From Dicyema japonicum (Eukaryota > Animalia > Dicyemida): 64,000 nucleotides of DNA. Below the pieces are notes generated by a model. It did not search any database. It was given only the letters and a program-made list of their open reading frames with translations, and was not told the DNA's origin. A program made the position numbers and the translations under genes. The stretch is taken from the NCBI GenBank assembly GCA_011109175.1, contig RDEW01000067.1:154248-218247 (forward strand), written 5' to 3'. Position 1 is the stretch's first letter. Each line of letters begins with the position of its first letter. Positions 1 to 13,242 of the stretch are shown piece after piece.

Positions 1-638
1 ACCCCTGTAGTGGTTTAACAGTCACTTGACTACAATAATAGCAGCAATCTCTAAGGTTAGTAGCAAATAGATAAACGCTGATCAGGGAAGTCGGCAAAAT
101 ATATTAGAACCTAAGTAGATCGATAAGAATGCAAACCTCGTGGTAAAGTACAAGAAGATGTTAAACATGCAAAAGATGATTTGATCTGCGAAAAGTGGGA
201 GTAAGTCAACAAAAGAAAACGGTCATCAAAATGCATTGTATGCTCCAGAAGATTCCACGGAATGACCAAGAATATACTAAGCTATTATTTCATACTGGCA
301 TTGCCAAGCATGCCTCTCTCCTGGATGAACGACTCTCTTATCTCAAAGTTTTCCTTTCCTATAATATTCTTTAAATTCTCAAATTCTTATTGAGCTGATC
401 TTGAACCTGGCTTATTTTAAAAGACCGCTGATTAGGATCCCCAATTGTTCAGATTATCACATGTATTGAGAAATCCGACGACCTTGAGGACAGATATGCC
501 TAATATGATTCGCCTAGTGTACACTTATTATTTATTCCATCGAAGAATAGAGAAATCAATCAAATCCGGAGTATAATTTTATTTATTTATTTTAATAACC
601 CAGAAATGACGAGAAAGAGGATAAAAGTTATCGTCCAA

Positions 639-1730
639 TTAAGTGATCCCGGTGTCCATACCAGTCCTTTTCCTGCGGTTAGTTTTGGAATCCTGGGTTA
701 ATCTCCCCAGCGGGGAAGGTTTCTTCTCATATCTCAGGCAGGCGTCCATATATAATCTGATGTGCGGTTCGAGGAGATGGTTAGGGGACTTTGCCATCTC
801 GAGGAAGTCCCGGTTACGTTCCGTAAGGTAATCCATGATTGGGGGGACGTTTAGTGTTCTCCGCAGTAACGAGGTGGACGTCTTTTTCGACGATCTCTAT
901 AGAATCCTGAGACATCGATTTTGTAAAGTCTCCAGCTTGCTCTGTGCCGATATTGATAAGGGGGCAATCCATGCAGCACAAGCGTACTCGATACTAGGTA
1001 GTACAAACTGTTTGTATAGAAGTTCTAACGATGGGCGGGAAGACACTGGAGAGTGAGTGAACGCTTTAAAATTCCAATTTTCTTTTGGATCCTCGTGGTT
1101 ACTAGGTTCACTTGATGGGTAAATGTGATTAGGGGATCCAGGATGACTCCAAGTATTGAAAGGGTCTTTTTAATGGGAAGTGGGGAGTCACAATGTTATT
1201 CGTGGTTCGTCCCGAGTATAATAAAACATCAATAAGTTCTTTTCTAACCCCATAAGAGTTACTTAAATGAACATGGACAACAGAAAATATTATATAAGAA
1301 AAAATCATTGAAGGTGCTAGAGATGTGTCGATTGTTGGATGTAATAAAACAGGTAGCTCTGGCAATCGACTTGTCTCAACAATCACCTATCTATGAAAAG
1401 AATGCTCTCCGTGAAACTCCCAGAAACAATTCGCCACATTATGCCCTCTGCCAAAATACTAATTTTTGTTTAAAAGAAGGAGTCCAACCTATTCTGGTAG
1501 GTTCTGATTTTAGTCGCTTAGCGTCAAAACTGGCGGGCAGGACAGTTCTCTCCGTCCTTTTCGAACACATGCAACCACTCCAGGTTGGGGTTGGCACTCA
1601 TGAAAGTTGTAAAGAGATAATTCATGTTGTGCGGACGTTTGCATGTAATCCTGGAGAATTGCTAGTCTTACTCAGTGATAAAAGGTTATGGATAAGTTTT
1701 CAAAGGTCGTATTTTATGTCGCTTATATAA
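639..1730 (-). mobile_element. Degenerate APE-type LINE (Jockey/I-like) RT and C-terminal region, ORF ending ...DTGIT*
   Basis: Minus-strand translation gives ILGVILDPLITFTHQV and YKQFVLPSIEYACAAWIAPL...KLETLQNRCLRIL, typical of post-RT LINE sequence; stops and frameshifts present; AT-rich tail downstream (~575-600). Confidence 0.7.
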
Positions 1731-1853
1731 AATTATGTTTTATTGGACTCTAAAAATATCTATATACTAAAATACTAGCTTTTGCATCTGTCTGTCAAAA
1801 AGGTTAGCACTTTGATTTATATTAAAATTTTATTAAGGAAAGAAAACAAATAG

Positions 1854-2092
1854 TCATATAGCGGCTGTCCTATTTGCGTGGCTATTGCCTTTTAGAATGG
1901 CTAGCGAGATTCGCTCAAATAACCAGCAGCGTTCACGAGGGTTTTTTGATCGTGTATAAATACGATTCCTTAGACGACTCAAGAATTTCAGCGTCGCAGG
2001 CGCAAGTAAACAAGACGTCTCTACGGCAAGTGGAACAAACAAAAAAATCCTTGGGTAGGACCGCGTACTTTTCCCGATTCAACCTCTCGGCA
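1854..2092 (-). mobile_element. CRE-clade non-LTR retrotransposon, C-terminal RLE fragment
   Basis: FVPLAVETSCLLAPATLKFLSRL...ERCWLFERISLAILKGN matches the CRE-type C-terminus pattern F.P.AVET.G...RISLAI.RGN. Confidence 0.7.
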
Positions 2093-2825
2093 TGATTAAG
2101 AGTTGAGTGAGTGCTAAAGGACTTAATGAAATACTCCATACCTTTTGTTGCATTACTCATGACGTGTTAGGCAGATCCTTAGAAAAGGAAAGCCGTTTTT
2201 CTTCACCAGAATCTCCCTCACTGGTCTCAATAGTCTTTTGGTCATTATTCAACATGGATTTTTAAGCGTGCTGCACTTGAATGAAGATGCTCGCCAATCG
2301 TTCAAGCGATCCCTTGTTTTTCCTTATTTGTCTTAGAACTTCATTAAGAATTTCAGTATCCGTCCAAGGAATATTTTTTCAGAAAATCATAGTAGTCTCC
2401 CTCATGACGTTTGTCGGTTTGTTGGGCCCATTCATAGGCAGTGAACAAACAAATCCCAGAGTCCTTCGTGATTAACGTACTTATAGGTTCTATGAATTCT
2501 CAAGGCTTTCACATAATTTTCATTGAACTTGATTTTTTTTGTGGAAAACGTAAAAATTGGGAATTTTCCCCGATTTCGGGGTCTGACTATACTTTGTCTA
2601 CAATTCCACTAGCATCTAGTGCCACCATAAACACCGTTTTAGTACCATCTCTCATCGAAAAAAGAATTACCCAGTAGAGTTCAATTCATAGCAAATTGAA
2701 TAATAATTCAACAGTTTTGAGTATTTCAGAATTGAATATGTATAAAATCGGATCAAAAAATACAGGAACATTACGAGTATTTGCAGAATCGCACTTGACC
2801 CGTTAATTAAATTTAATAAATTTAA

Positions 2826-5800
2826 AATAACGAATAAATTAACTAATTAATTAATTAAGCGTATTTTGATCCAGATTGTTGGTAATCCCTCTTCTTCTCT
2901 TAGAAGAAGAGTGTGCCATAACCTCCCTGTTACTCCGCATCTCCACATCATATTCAGTCAAAATATCTCCGTTAGAGTCCAGTGGGTTGTCTTCACGGCA
3001 TGCCAGTTCCACCAGTTGGGAGGTAGCAGAGGCGTACTCTTCATCGTATACCTTCATCCCATGCTTATGTTCAATGAGCATACTTTCGAGCGTTCTCTTT
3101 AGTACAACCGATTGGATGTAAGTCCTCGTTGATTCTTCAATAGATAATTTATCCATATGATTCTTGAAGCATCTTGAGACAACTCCATCCCATGTCAAAA
3201 CCACTGGAATAATCTTCACTTGGCATTCATAGAGCAGCGAAAGTTCATTTGCTAGCAAGTCATATTTGTGAAGTTTCTCAACTTCAACTTGCTTTAGTCG
3301 GTCTTGTGAGGTAATCCCCACTTCAATTAACGTTACTTCCTTCTTTATTTTGTCATACACGAAAATATCAGGTTTATTGTATTGGACTTTTGTTTCTGTC
3401 AAAATCGACGTGTCAACTCTAATTTCGACATTTTGATTCGTCAATATTGACTGAACCGAATGTCCTTTCAATTTCCTGCTTCTTTTGATTCCATAAATTC
3501 GACAAAGATGAAGATGGATGCACTTTACCACTTCATTATGTCTTCGGAGATAATCACTATTTAGCATTTTTCCACACTGAGTGGCCAAATGATCAACAGT
3601 TTTCTTGCTTTTTTTACAATGGTTGCATAATGACCCCGTGTGTGCAAAAAACAAATTCCTATCTTGCAAAAGACAGTACAATGCTTCGCTCCGTGGGCCG
3701 TTATTTCCTTTGGATAACCATTCTGAGGAAGTATATAGGTCGACATTTGTTTCATCAATACATTTGAACATAATTGAGTGTAGTGTTCTGCAATAAATTT
3801 TATTTAATAAATATTTTTTCTGAGTGTCCTTGAGGGACTTAATATCCATGCTTTCCCTGTCGGCAATTGCATATTTAGAGGCAAGAAATCCTGCGATTGT
3901 AGCCAAGTGCCATTTTTTTGTTTTTATTACTCGCAGAATCCCCGACCTTCGCAAACACACAGTCGATTGTTTTTCCAAACTTTTAAAAAACTGGAAAAGT
4001 ATTAATTCGCTCTTTAATGAAATCGAGGAAAGTCCTCTTCCAAAAGTCTTCCTGTCCAAATACAGCCTCTCTTTATTTGCAGGTTTGAGGTGCAACTTGA
4101 GTGACGTAAGCAGTTGCCGTATTTGTTGGTCAATATCATCAAATTCGTATGGTTCAATATTAATTAATCCTATATAATAGTTATATAGGGACATTGCGTA
4201 TTCATTTATTGCGCGAAATAAGTTCACAGAATTTAACTTTGTTTTTGAAAGCATGGTTATTCTCTTCTTAACATTTTCAAGTATGGACTCCATAACTTTG
4301 CTTTTAAGAACATTACTTCCCTCATCTTCAAAAACACCCAAATATCGATATCCACTGACTCCTTCCAGATTCTCACAACATGATAACGATTTAACATTAG
4401 ACAGTGACTTTTCCGAATTCATCTCCAAGCCGGCAACATGAAAGAAATCGCGAACAACTTCCATCATTTTAATAACAGTATCTTCTTTTAGCCCAAATAT
4501 CTTTAGGTCATCAATGAATAACAAATGATTTGTAGAATAAGTCAGTGTATTAGGATCCTCCTGATTAATTTGGAGTCTTGGGAACATAAAGTTAAGGGTC
4601 CTGCTCAAGGGTTCCATTACCATAACAAATAGTTGAGGGGATAATGAATCTCCTTGCAAAATTCCCCGTCCCAGTTTTACAGAACCAATTCTTCTTCCAT
4701 CTAAGTGGAGATTTACAGTCCACTTCTTGACTATGGTCTTTACAAAGTTTACAATCCAACGGGGTATTCCTGAGCAGTCCAATACATGAAATAAAAATTC
4801 ATGGTCAACAGAATCAAAGGCCTTCTTCACATCCACCCAAGCAGAATAAAGGGCGTTTCCATACTCCTTATTTAAGCATTGATTAATAAGGGCCTGTTCC
4901 TTAGCGCCCTGACAATGTTTCCTCGTTCCCAGCTGATTGTCAGATAATAGCCCAAACGAATCCACAAAATCTGAGAGTTTGGAATTAACACATTTGGTAA
5001 TAAGTTTATATAAAGTTGGCATACACGTGATAGGACGTAAGTCATTAGGAGTCTCACAATCATCCTTTTTAGGAATTAAATAGGTTATTCCAGTATAAAA
5101 CCAACTTTCAGGCATATATTCCCCATTAATAATTCGGTTAATCTCAGTACATAAAAAGCCATGTAAAGATTCCATTTTCTTAATAAAGAAGTTATATGAG
5201 CCATCGCATCCACACGCCTTCCAATCAGGGAGCCATTTAATAACATCCAGGATAAACTCATTTGTGAACTCTGGCAACATGCCTTCAATACCAGTATTTA
5301 CTTTACCCACACTGTCATATGGCACGTTCATCTCTTTTCTTTTAGACCACACTTTTTCCCAAAACGACATACAATCCTCATCATCGAAACCATATAACGT
5401 TACTTCATTGCTTGCTGATAGGTTCCGATAAAATCTTCTTCGATTTAATTCAAAACAACAGTTGTCCTTGCGAAAGTCCTTCCTCGAATGATGTACAGCT
5501 ATTTGCTTTTTCTTAATTCTGACAAGGTCACATAGTAGAGCCTCAATCCTGGCAACCTCCCCTTTTTGGCCCTTTTGTATCCATAGGCACAAAGAACATC
5601 CATAACCTTTTGTTTTTCATACACAGGGAGAGCTTGTCTGGAAAAGCTATTGACAAGTTCTAGTTCTGCCATCAGCTTTGAGATTTTCTTTTCAGTGTTC
5701 TCCAACCACGTACTTTGCGGTTTAACCTTCGCAGTTAAAGTCATATAAGCACACTGTGCAGCATATAGAATATCAGTAATTTGATTGATATCTTGAGGCG

Positions 5801-6415
5801 GATTATCTTTCGTAATATAATATATTGCAGAATTTAGTCCCGACAAAACATTAACTCTGACATACTTTCTCTGAATTTTGGGTGTTGGTTTTCGAGTATC
5901 CCTCGGAATTGACTTAATTTTCTCAATTTGTACTTTTAGTTCCTCAAGGCAATTTCTGAAGGTGGAAATTTCCACATTAGTATTATTTTGCACTTTGAAA
6001 CATTCGCCTCCTTTTACATTGTTATTCCGATTTTCAGGTTTCAGCATCTTTTTTAGTTGACATAGACTGGAACTCTTGGAGTACTTTTCATTGAACTTTT
6101 TGAGTACGAGGTTCCAGCCACCTCTAGGTATCCTTCCAAATCTTTGTTTCGTGGCAAGAAAAATCTGAGATACCCACTCAGCTTCAGAGACACAGTCGAC
6201 CTCTTCAATAATGGCAGATAATGAATGCAAGTTGGTTTTGGCACCAATATTCCCAGCGATGTTGATATTAGTTCTTGTGACATTATCCACCCCCACAGAC
6301 GACGGTCCTGCTTCTACTAAACTATCTTCTTTATTTGATTTTGCAGGAAGGCCCATAGGATTCGATTTCTCGGTATGATTAGAAACGGACATGTCAACAC
6401 CACAACAACTACACG
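2826..6415 (-). mobile_element. Near-full-length R4/Dong-clade non-LTR retrotransposon, family A (RT + CCHC zinc knuckle + restriction-like endonuclease)
   Basis: ORFs 5499-6392 and 2851-5592, joined by a 1-nt shift in a G-run. Motifs LRPITC, WVDVKKAFDSV, GILQGDSLSP, LLFIDDLK, YRYLG, CNHC..DHLATQC, RHNEV, KPDI..LIEVG..K..KY. Empty site in unit 2 (~21730) defines both ends. Confidence 0.92.
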
Positions 6416-6503
6416 TTTTTTCTTATAAATAATATTATTTTTTTATAAATGTCAAATAATTTTTTAAATTTACATAATTATAAATTCAAAATTTTGTTAG
6501 AAA

Positions 6504-8851
6504 ATGGAAATACCCTCATTATATGCGCATTGCCTTGAACATATTCGAACAGATTTTTATTTTAAAAAATGTGAAGAATTAAATGAAAAAACTAAAACAT
6601 GATTTTTAAAAGAGTATTTAAGGAACTGATATATTCGAACGATCCATATCCAGATGAAGATCTATATGATCAATATACGTTTATAGACACGATCTCAGAT
6701 GGAGTGCAGAAAAATGTTTTCTGCGTTGAATTCATTGATGACATTGACGTTAAGGATGTTGTCAAAATGATTCAAGTTTATCCGAATTTATCGAATATTA
6801 AATTATGCAAAATAACTTCACAAAAGAATCCTTTACTACCATTATCACCCAATAACGTCAAATCATTCTCACTTCAGAGTTATCATAACCCAGATATGCT
6901 ACATTCCCTATTTATGACTGGATTTAATAAAATAACATCCCTTGAACTTGGCTGTATACATTATAGAAAAAAAATATTTAAAAACAGCACAATCAAAATA
7001 ATGGATAAACTGGAAAACATAAACTTTATGAACGTTGTAATTACTGACTTTGAAGAATTTGCTGCTAACTTAAACTGTCCAGAGCCCTGTGGTTTAATTT
7101 ATATCAAATTCAGTTATTTTACGCATATGAATAATTATTATGTTGTTGAAACAGATGATACTTGTAAAGTTAATTGTATTCCTCTTCTCGATAAAACCAA
7201 CAATCTTAAATTTCTCGATTTATCGGGATGTATTGTAGACATGGAGAAATTAACAAAGTTATCGATTATAATAATCATAGCTACTTAAGCAAAAAAGGAT
7301 TGAAAAAAAATCATTTTGACCAACTTATAAGTTTCAATGTGAATATAAATGAATGGGTAATTTTTACGATATAATATAGATTGATAAAGAATTACTTATA
7401 AATAACTTAATCAGGCCTCTCTTCACGTTCCAATGTGAACATAAAATGTATGAAATTTTAATGGGATTTGCAATTCGAATTACAAATTCCGATATAAATT
7501 ATTAAGTCGATTTTTGAAAGTATTTTGAACATATAGTTTAGTTTTTGTGTCTTAAACCTATGGATGAAAATGAAGATCCAGAAAATTTCTTGTAAGTGAA
7601 TTTGTTTTAATCCAGCTCTACTTTAGCCAGTATTATCAAAAACTAATCAAATATCGTACCTTAACCGTTGGTATGTGTTGATTTTATCTTTAGTATGATT
7701 TACGATGGTATTTGTAAAATTGTTAAGCATTGCCGATTATTTAGTTACGAAATGGTAATTTAATTTAAATTTTTAGAATGCTTGTAATTGTTTAAAGATA
7801 TTACACTTTTTTAAACCATGGGAAACATCAATTTTCGTTTACACATTTTTTATTTTAGTTGCCTTCGTTTTCATTCATTCTTAAAGGAACTTATTGTTGG
7901 TATGAAGACGATAGTTATGATTACGATTCATGTCGTTCTATTTTAAACAGCATGAACATAGAATTTTTGACGTATCTTGGATATTCAGGTCTTGTGAAAG
8001 TTTAAATTAATGACGGGATAATTTTAGTACTGCTGTGAATCTTGTGAAACATGCGACGAGAAGGGTTGTGCATATTCAATGTATTGAGATATCTTCTAGG
8101 TATTTGAAATATATTTATTTAGACGAAAATGAAAGAAATGTGGATTTGTTTATTGATTGGATGGAATTACTCGAATTCAAATTTTTTAGAAAGATTTCAT
8201 TAGAAGATCAAACCATAATATCATAATTCCAATTATTAAAGTCGTCGAAACTCTAGCTAAATTTCAAAAAGCAAGAGGTTTACTTGCTACGTGTGGAATA
8301 ATAGAAGATTTATTGTAAAGTAGTGTTTCATTAAAAGAAATCCTGATTACGATGAACTTAATTTTAATGCGCACTATTTTATCTGGAGTTGCATGTGTCT
8401 AATACTAGGAGATCCAAATATTATTTTTCCAACATTTTAAATTTGAATATCGGTGATTTGAGTCCAAAGGAATTCATTCTAAATAAGATTTGTCAATTTA
8501 TAAAAGAAAATCCGTACGAAGCAGATTGCGATATCCATAGTAGGTAATTTAATTTTCTATGTCGAAGGTCAATGATACCAACAATAAAATTGTTAAGTAT
8601 GAATACAGACGAGCGAATTTGGCTTTGGGTTGTATGGGAATTTGCTAATTTAACCACTAAATATTCGTTAATCTTTACTTTAATAATAGCAAATCTTTTA
8701 TGGACATGTTAATTCCGCATAACATTATTGAGAAAATTGAGAATATATGTTGTCAATCCAATATGGAAGAGATCCATTCATACGCTGCTATTTTTAGAAC
8801 AAATTACAATGTTGTTATTTTTATTATTTTAGGATTATTAATCGTCATTAA
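6504..8851 (+). CDS. ZYG11: ZYG11/ZER1-family CRL2 substrate adaptor (BC/VHL box, LRR, ARM), multi-exon, possibly pseudogenised; paralog 1
   Basis: N-terminal SLYAHCLEHI fits the BC box [APST]LxxxCxxx[AILV]. LRR-like LKFLDLSGC. ARM region YLDENERNVDLFID..G, HYFLSGVACVLI and RSMIPTIKLL...WVVWEFANLTTKYP align by eye with ZYG11B/ZER1. 23-nt introns at 7258-7280 and 7357-7379; frameshifts present. Confidence 0.7.
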
Positions 8852-9046
8852 TTAAATATTCAAGTAACAAATCTCTTTATTAATAAATTAACAATATGTA
8901 TTCATTTCTTAGTCGCCATTACAGAGGCTTGCAACTTATTATTTATTGCTAGACTGATTTTTTTTCTTACAAATCAAAATATGTTTTTAACAATAATGAA
9001 ATGTGAAGCTACACTCCATGTTTATTTCTTAAACATTATTTTAATA

Positions 9047-10874
9047 TGTCACGGCCCATACGTGGCCTCGGCCCAAACATGGTCGAGGCTAATAAACTTA
9101 CAAAATTTTCTATAGCAGAATTAACTTAAATATACCCAATAAGTTTACCTCTGATATTAAAAATTCTGTAGAATGCAAAAATTGAGACATTCAAATTAAA
9201 AATTAACCACCAAATGTCACAGTAATAGTATCTTCGTGCTAAAAATAAATTTTATTTTGTTTAAAAAATATAAAATAAAATCTAATTATTTTAAATAACA
9301 CTAGAATAGCAAAAGCAAAACTTTAACCAAAAATATTAAATTTTAAGCCTTGTTCTTTTATCCATATACATGAAACTTTAACTCTATACCCTAAATTCTA
9401 AACACTGACCCTAACTAAAAACACTAAACATTAACCCTAAACCAAAAACCCTCAAAGTGTAATTATTAAACATAATTTATTAATTAAAATTATTTAGCGT
9501 TTTCGATCACTTAAACTCGTGACCTGTGAATATTTTTATCCTCACTGTTATTGAGAAAACAATTATCTCCATCGTTTTTTGGTTACTTCATAGATGGACA
9601 GTCAAACTTATCGTACAGTGCCATTATACGATGAGCAGGATTTTGTCATGATCTCATCCTTTATGGACCTCGTCACCAATTTTTAAAGTTTCGTCGTCGT
9701 TTCTTCTTTTTTCAATCATTTTTCGTGCAGCTACTTTGGTATATATTCGTGTCTCTTCTCTTGCTTCATTCTACTTTATAAGACAGAAAATTTGACAAAT
9801 CCTCCAGTATTGCTTCCTGTGGATACTTACATCCCATAAATATAAAGAATGGCATTTGTTTCGTTGCCTCGTGTATCGAATTGTTGTAATCAAAAAACAT
9901 TTTTTTAAATAAAGAACATAATTCCCAAACTCTCCACTGGAAGCTAATGTGGAGGAAATCCATTTTTATTGATTGGTTAAATCTAAATTTATAATTTATT
10001 TTTTTACCTCTCTACTTGACCTTGTATCCATGGAGCACGCGGTCTACCATGGACATACTTGACTCGAACCTCCATTAACATGTCGGTCATCAATTTATTT
10101 TTAAATTCTTTTCCGTTATCCATGTGTAATAATAGCGGGGGCTATATGTATAAAATTTTTTTGAAGAGTTTCAACTAGTTTCTTTGAATTTTTTGAGTAA
10201 AGAGTTTCGACCACCCCAAATTTGCCAAAACAATCAACAACAGTCAAAAGCTACAGAAAATTAATGAGAAAAAAAACCCAAGTTTTTGTCAGAATAACGT
10301 CGCAAATCGATCAGATCGTCTATATATCTGTCGCGTGGGTATTTTACCACAATTGGTGTTATCGGAGGTTTTGTTTCCAAAAGCCTCTTAGACGTAATTT
10401 ATAATTTGTTTCCTACAAATGAACAATTATAAATATACGTAGATATATTGCACATCGTTTTCAAACGTAAAACGACTGGCAAGCCTTTTATAAGGCCTCT
10501 TATCAGATATTGCCAGATCTGAAGGGAACAAGTCAAATTCTTTAAATTCCTTAATTATTTTCATATCGTAAAGAAACAATCGAACAACAATAACCATCAG
10601 TCGCGTGTTAATAAAAGCGTGCTAAATAGTTTTTTAGTAATTTAAATTAATTATTATTAAAAAACAATTTATATATTAAAAACTAAGTATTTTGATACTG
10701 TACCCATTCTTCAATTTTATTTTTTCCATTTTTTCCAAAAAAGTGATTATTTTAACATAAAAAATACATATTTGTAATCCTTATCCAAAAACGAACAATA
10801 ATATATATTTATTTTTTTTAAATGATTAAAAACATTGACCATGTGTGGGCCGATACCACGCATGGGCTGTGACA
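9047..10874 (-). mobile_element. Ginger2/TDD-like DDE integrase DNA transposon, copy 1 (frameshifted)
   Basis: ~40-bp imperfect TIRs TGTCAC(G/A)GCCCAT(A/G)CGTGG...; 5-bp TSD TAATA (9042-9046, 10875-10879); rve-type integrase fragments (VVDCF.KFG, MDNGKEFKN, YNNSIHEATKQMPF). Empty site in the third paralog flank (~63845-63865). Confidence 0.8.
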
Positions 10875-11284
10875 TAATATTTATATAAAATCAAAATTTA
10901 GAATTTTTCTAACTCGGGGACCTAACTCGTTCTCCATACCTAAATTGGCCTTAACTCTTCAAAAAAAATTTTGAGTACGTTTTCTCAAATTTTTTAAATT
11001 ATTTATAATTTTTCTCATCTATGATTGTTTCTTAATTTTTTATATTTTTTCATTGGTTGAGGTGGTGACGACGTCTCTATTGCACTATGTCTTATTCGTA
11101 TTCTTTACCGACTTCTCTGTTCACTCTTGGAACTTTTGATTGCAGAGGAATTAAACAACTTTAAAAGAAACAGCAACTGGCTTGCGATCTTTTAAAATAC
11201 AACATCTCTGTCTGCGGCCTACAAGAGACAAAAACGACCGTACATTGTACAGAACTGATTGACAAACTTCACCTTTTTACCGTA

Positions 11285-11410
11285 TCATCGGACTGCCAAA
11301 ATTATGGTCTCGGATTTGCAGTCTATCAGGACCTGATCCACTGTGTTACAAAATTGTGGGCAGCTTCTGACCATGTCGCAGTGCTGCAAATCGGAAATAA
11401 AATCTACTCA
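11285..11410 (+). mobile_element. RTE-like APE endonuclease remnant (also ~29985-30110)
   Basis: YGLGFAVYQDLIHCVTKLWAASDHVAVLQI resembles the RTE endonuclease GVGFAV...SDR segment. Confidence 0.35.
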
Positions 11411-12842
11411 GTCATTCCCATTATGTATGCCTAATCTGTATAAACTATTACAAAGTGTTTGAACAAAAAATTATGAGATTATTTTGAGTCATATGCCTTA
11501 ATCACTGATAATCAGCTGGGAATGCGTAGAATGTGTCAAGGAGCAAAAGAACAAGCTATTGTCAACAAGTGCGTAAATCAACAAATGGAAACAGTTTGAA
11601 TTCCACTTGGATTGACGTCAAAAAACCTTATGACTCGGTCGACCACCAGTTTCTGGATCAGTATTACAAAATTATGGTCTTCCCTGCTGGATTGTCAGGT
11701 TTAATCAGGTACATATCACAAATGGACCCTCTAGTAGAATGCTGAACTGAAAATTTCCGAAAGTAACTATGGGAAGTCCGATAAATGGGGAACCAACGTA
11801 TACGACGAATCACCTACTATTTATGGATGATATAAATTGTTTTCTCGCCATAGTCACTCAATGGAAATGATGTTGGAGGTGGTTGAATCGTTTTTTGATG
11901 CAGTCGGGTTGGAGAGAAATCTTTGAAAAATCCGCAACAACCGTGAAGTTATTGTCCGAGAAAGCTCGTTTCCTCCATCGATTGAATGGATACCGATATC
12001 TTGGAGTTCTTGAAGATAAGAACAGTAATGTTCTTAAAGGAAAAATTATGGATAAAATCTATGAAGCATCTAAGCGAATCAAAAATTTGACAAAAACGGA
12101 TTTAAACTCAGTGAACCTGTTTAAGGGGATGAACGTGTATGCATTCTACTCTATTACTATTACATTGGATTGATTGAGCAGTCAGAATTTGAACAGATCG
12201 ATAAAAACACCCGCAGAATACTTATGGATAGCCACATACAATGCAACCAGCAAAGAAAGAAAGACTTTATCTACCAAGAAATAAATTTGAGGAGTCTGTC
12301 AGTAACAAAGCAGAACGAATGCTCCTCCAATTTTATGGTGACTTGGAACGTAAGGCAAATTACTGCCTAAGAAGGTCGGGAATACTACGGGTCATTAATT
12401 CAAAGAAAACACACATGGGCACTATCGTAGAATTCATTTCCCGAAAGTATAACATTGAAAGTGTGAATGACTTGACAATGTCGAAATTGATGGATATACA
12501 GCATGCATATCTATTGGGAAAGTTGTCAAAAAAACGCTGAAATCTATTTTATTTCAGTGTTTGAAAGACACAGAAGTGAATATTGCTGAATCCTCTGGAT
12601 GGCTAGTGCATGGAAATCACTCCTTATAACTGAGGGAAGGACGTGTCTACTTCAGGATCGTAACATGTTTTTTGATAACGGATAAACTAAGTGCGGACAT
12701 TGTAACTCAGCAAAGAAGACCGTCGATCACTTGCAACCTGGTGTGGGAGAATGCTGAAGAGCTCATATCTCAGGCGGCATAATGAAGTGATCAGATGTTT
12801 ACACCTACATCTCTGCCGTCAATATGGAATAAGAAAAACTTA
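11410..12842 (+). mobile_element. Internally deleted, degenerate R4-clade family C fragment (unit 1)
   Basis: High similarity to 47200-48790; lacks the GILQGD region; multiple frameshifts. Confidence 0.85.
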
Positions 12843-13242
12843 GAGTCACACTAATTAATCCAAGGAAGGAACCCAAGGGAGAAAGTCTGCTTGTGTCTAC
12901 CAAATCCATCCTCCAGAGTCCATTACAGGCTCCCGTTTCCAAAGATAGATGAAGAAGTCATCGACATCACACATTCTTAGGCAGAAAAGTTTTCGTGGTA
13001 ATCTTCACCAGTTGACTTAGTCAAGGAGACGGTAAGAGGATCCCATCAACAACTGTGCCGTGACAGAAGAATCTGGTAGACAAGAATTACCTTCGTCCAA
13101 AAGTCCATCTTTTAGATTCGAACTCACCACAGTCGATCCGATGTCATCTGACATGTTCATCCAAGGCCTTTACGATATTTTTGGTCTTGATGTTTATTAA
13201 GCTATTTTTTACACAAAAATTGTAAACAATTAATTATTTTTA

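Noticed and set aside
1-600. Gene or RNA in the first 600 bp
   Set aside because: No sustained ORF or recognisable motif; no tRNA or rRNA signature seen here or elsewhere in the window.
2851-5592. Prokaryotic RT system (group II intron, retron, DGR)
   Set aside because: The CCHC plus RLE C-terminus, 5'-truncated copies and intron-containing neighbours identify non-LTR retrotransposons.
5540-5600. Programmed -1 frameshift between R4-A ORF1 and ORF2
   Set aside because: CAAAAAGGGG is not a canonical slippery heptamer. R4 elements have a single ORF, and family B shifts at different places.
9375-9455. True telomere or chromosome end
   Set aside because: Short, degenerate and internal to a TIR-bounded element.
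12860-13190. Gypsy RT remnant (LPFPKIDE-like)
   Set aside because: One short motif only; no other RT, RNase H or integrase motifs or LTRs.
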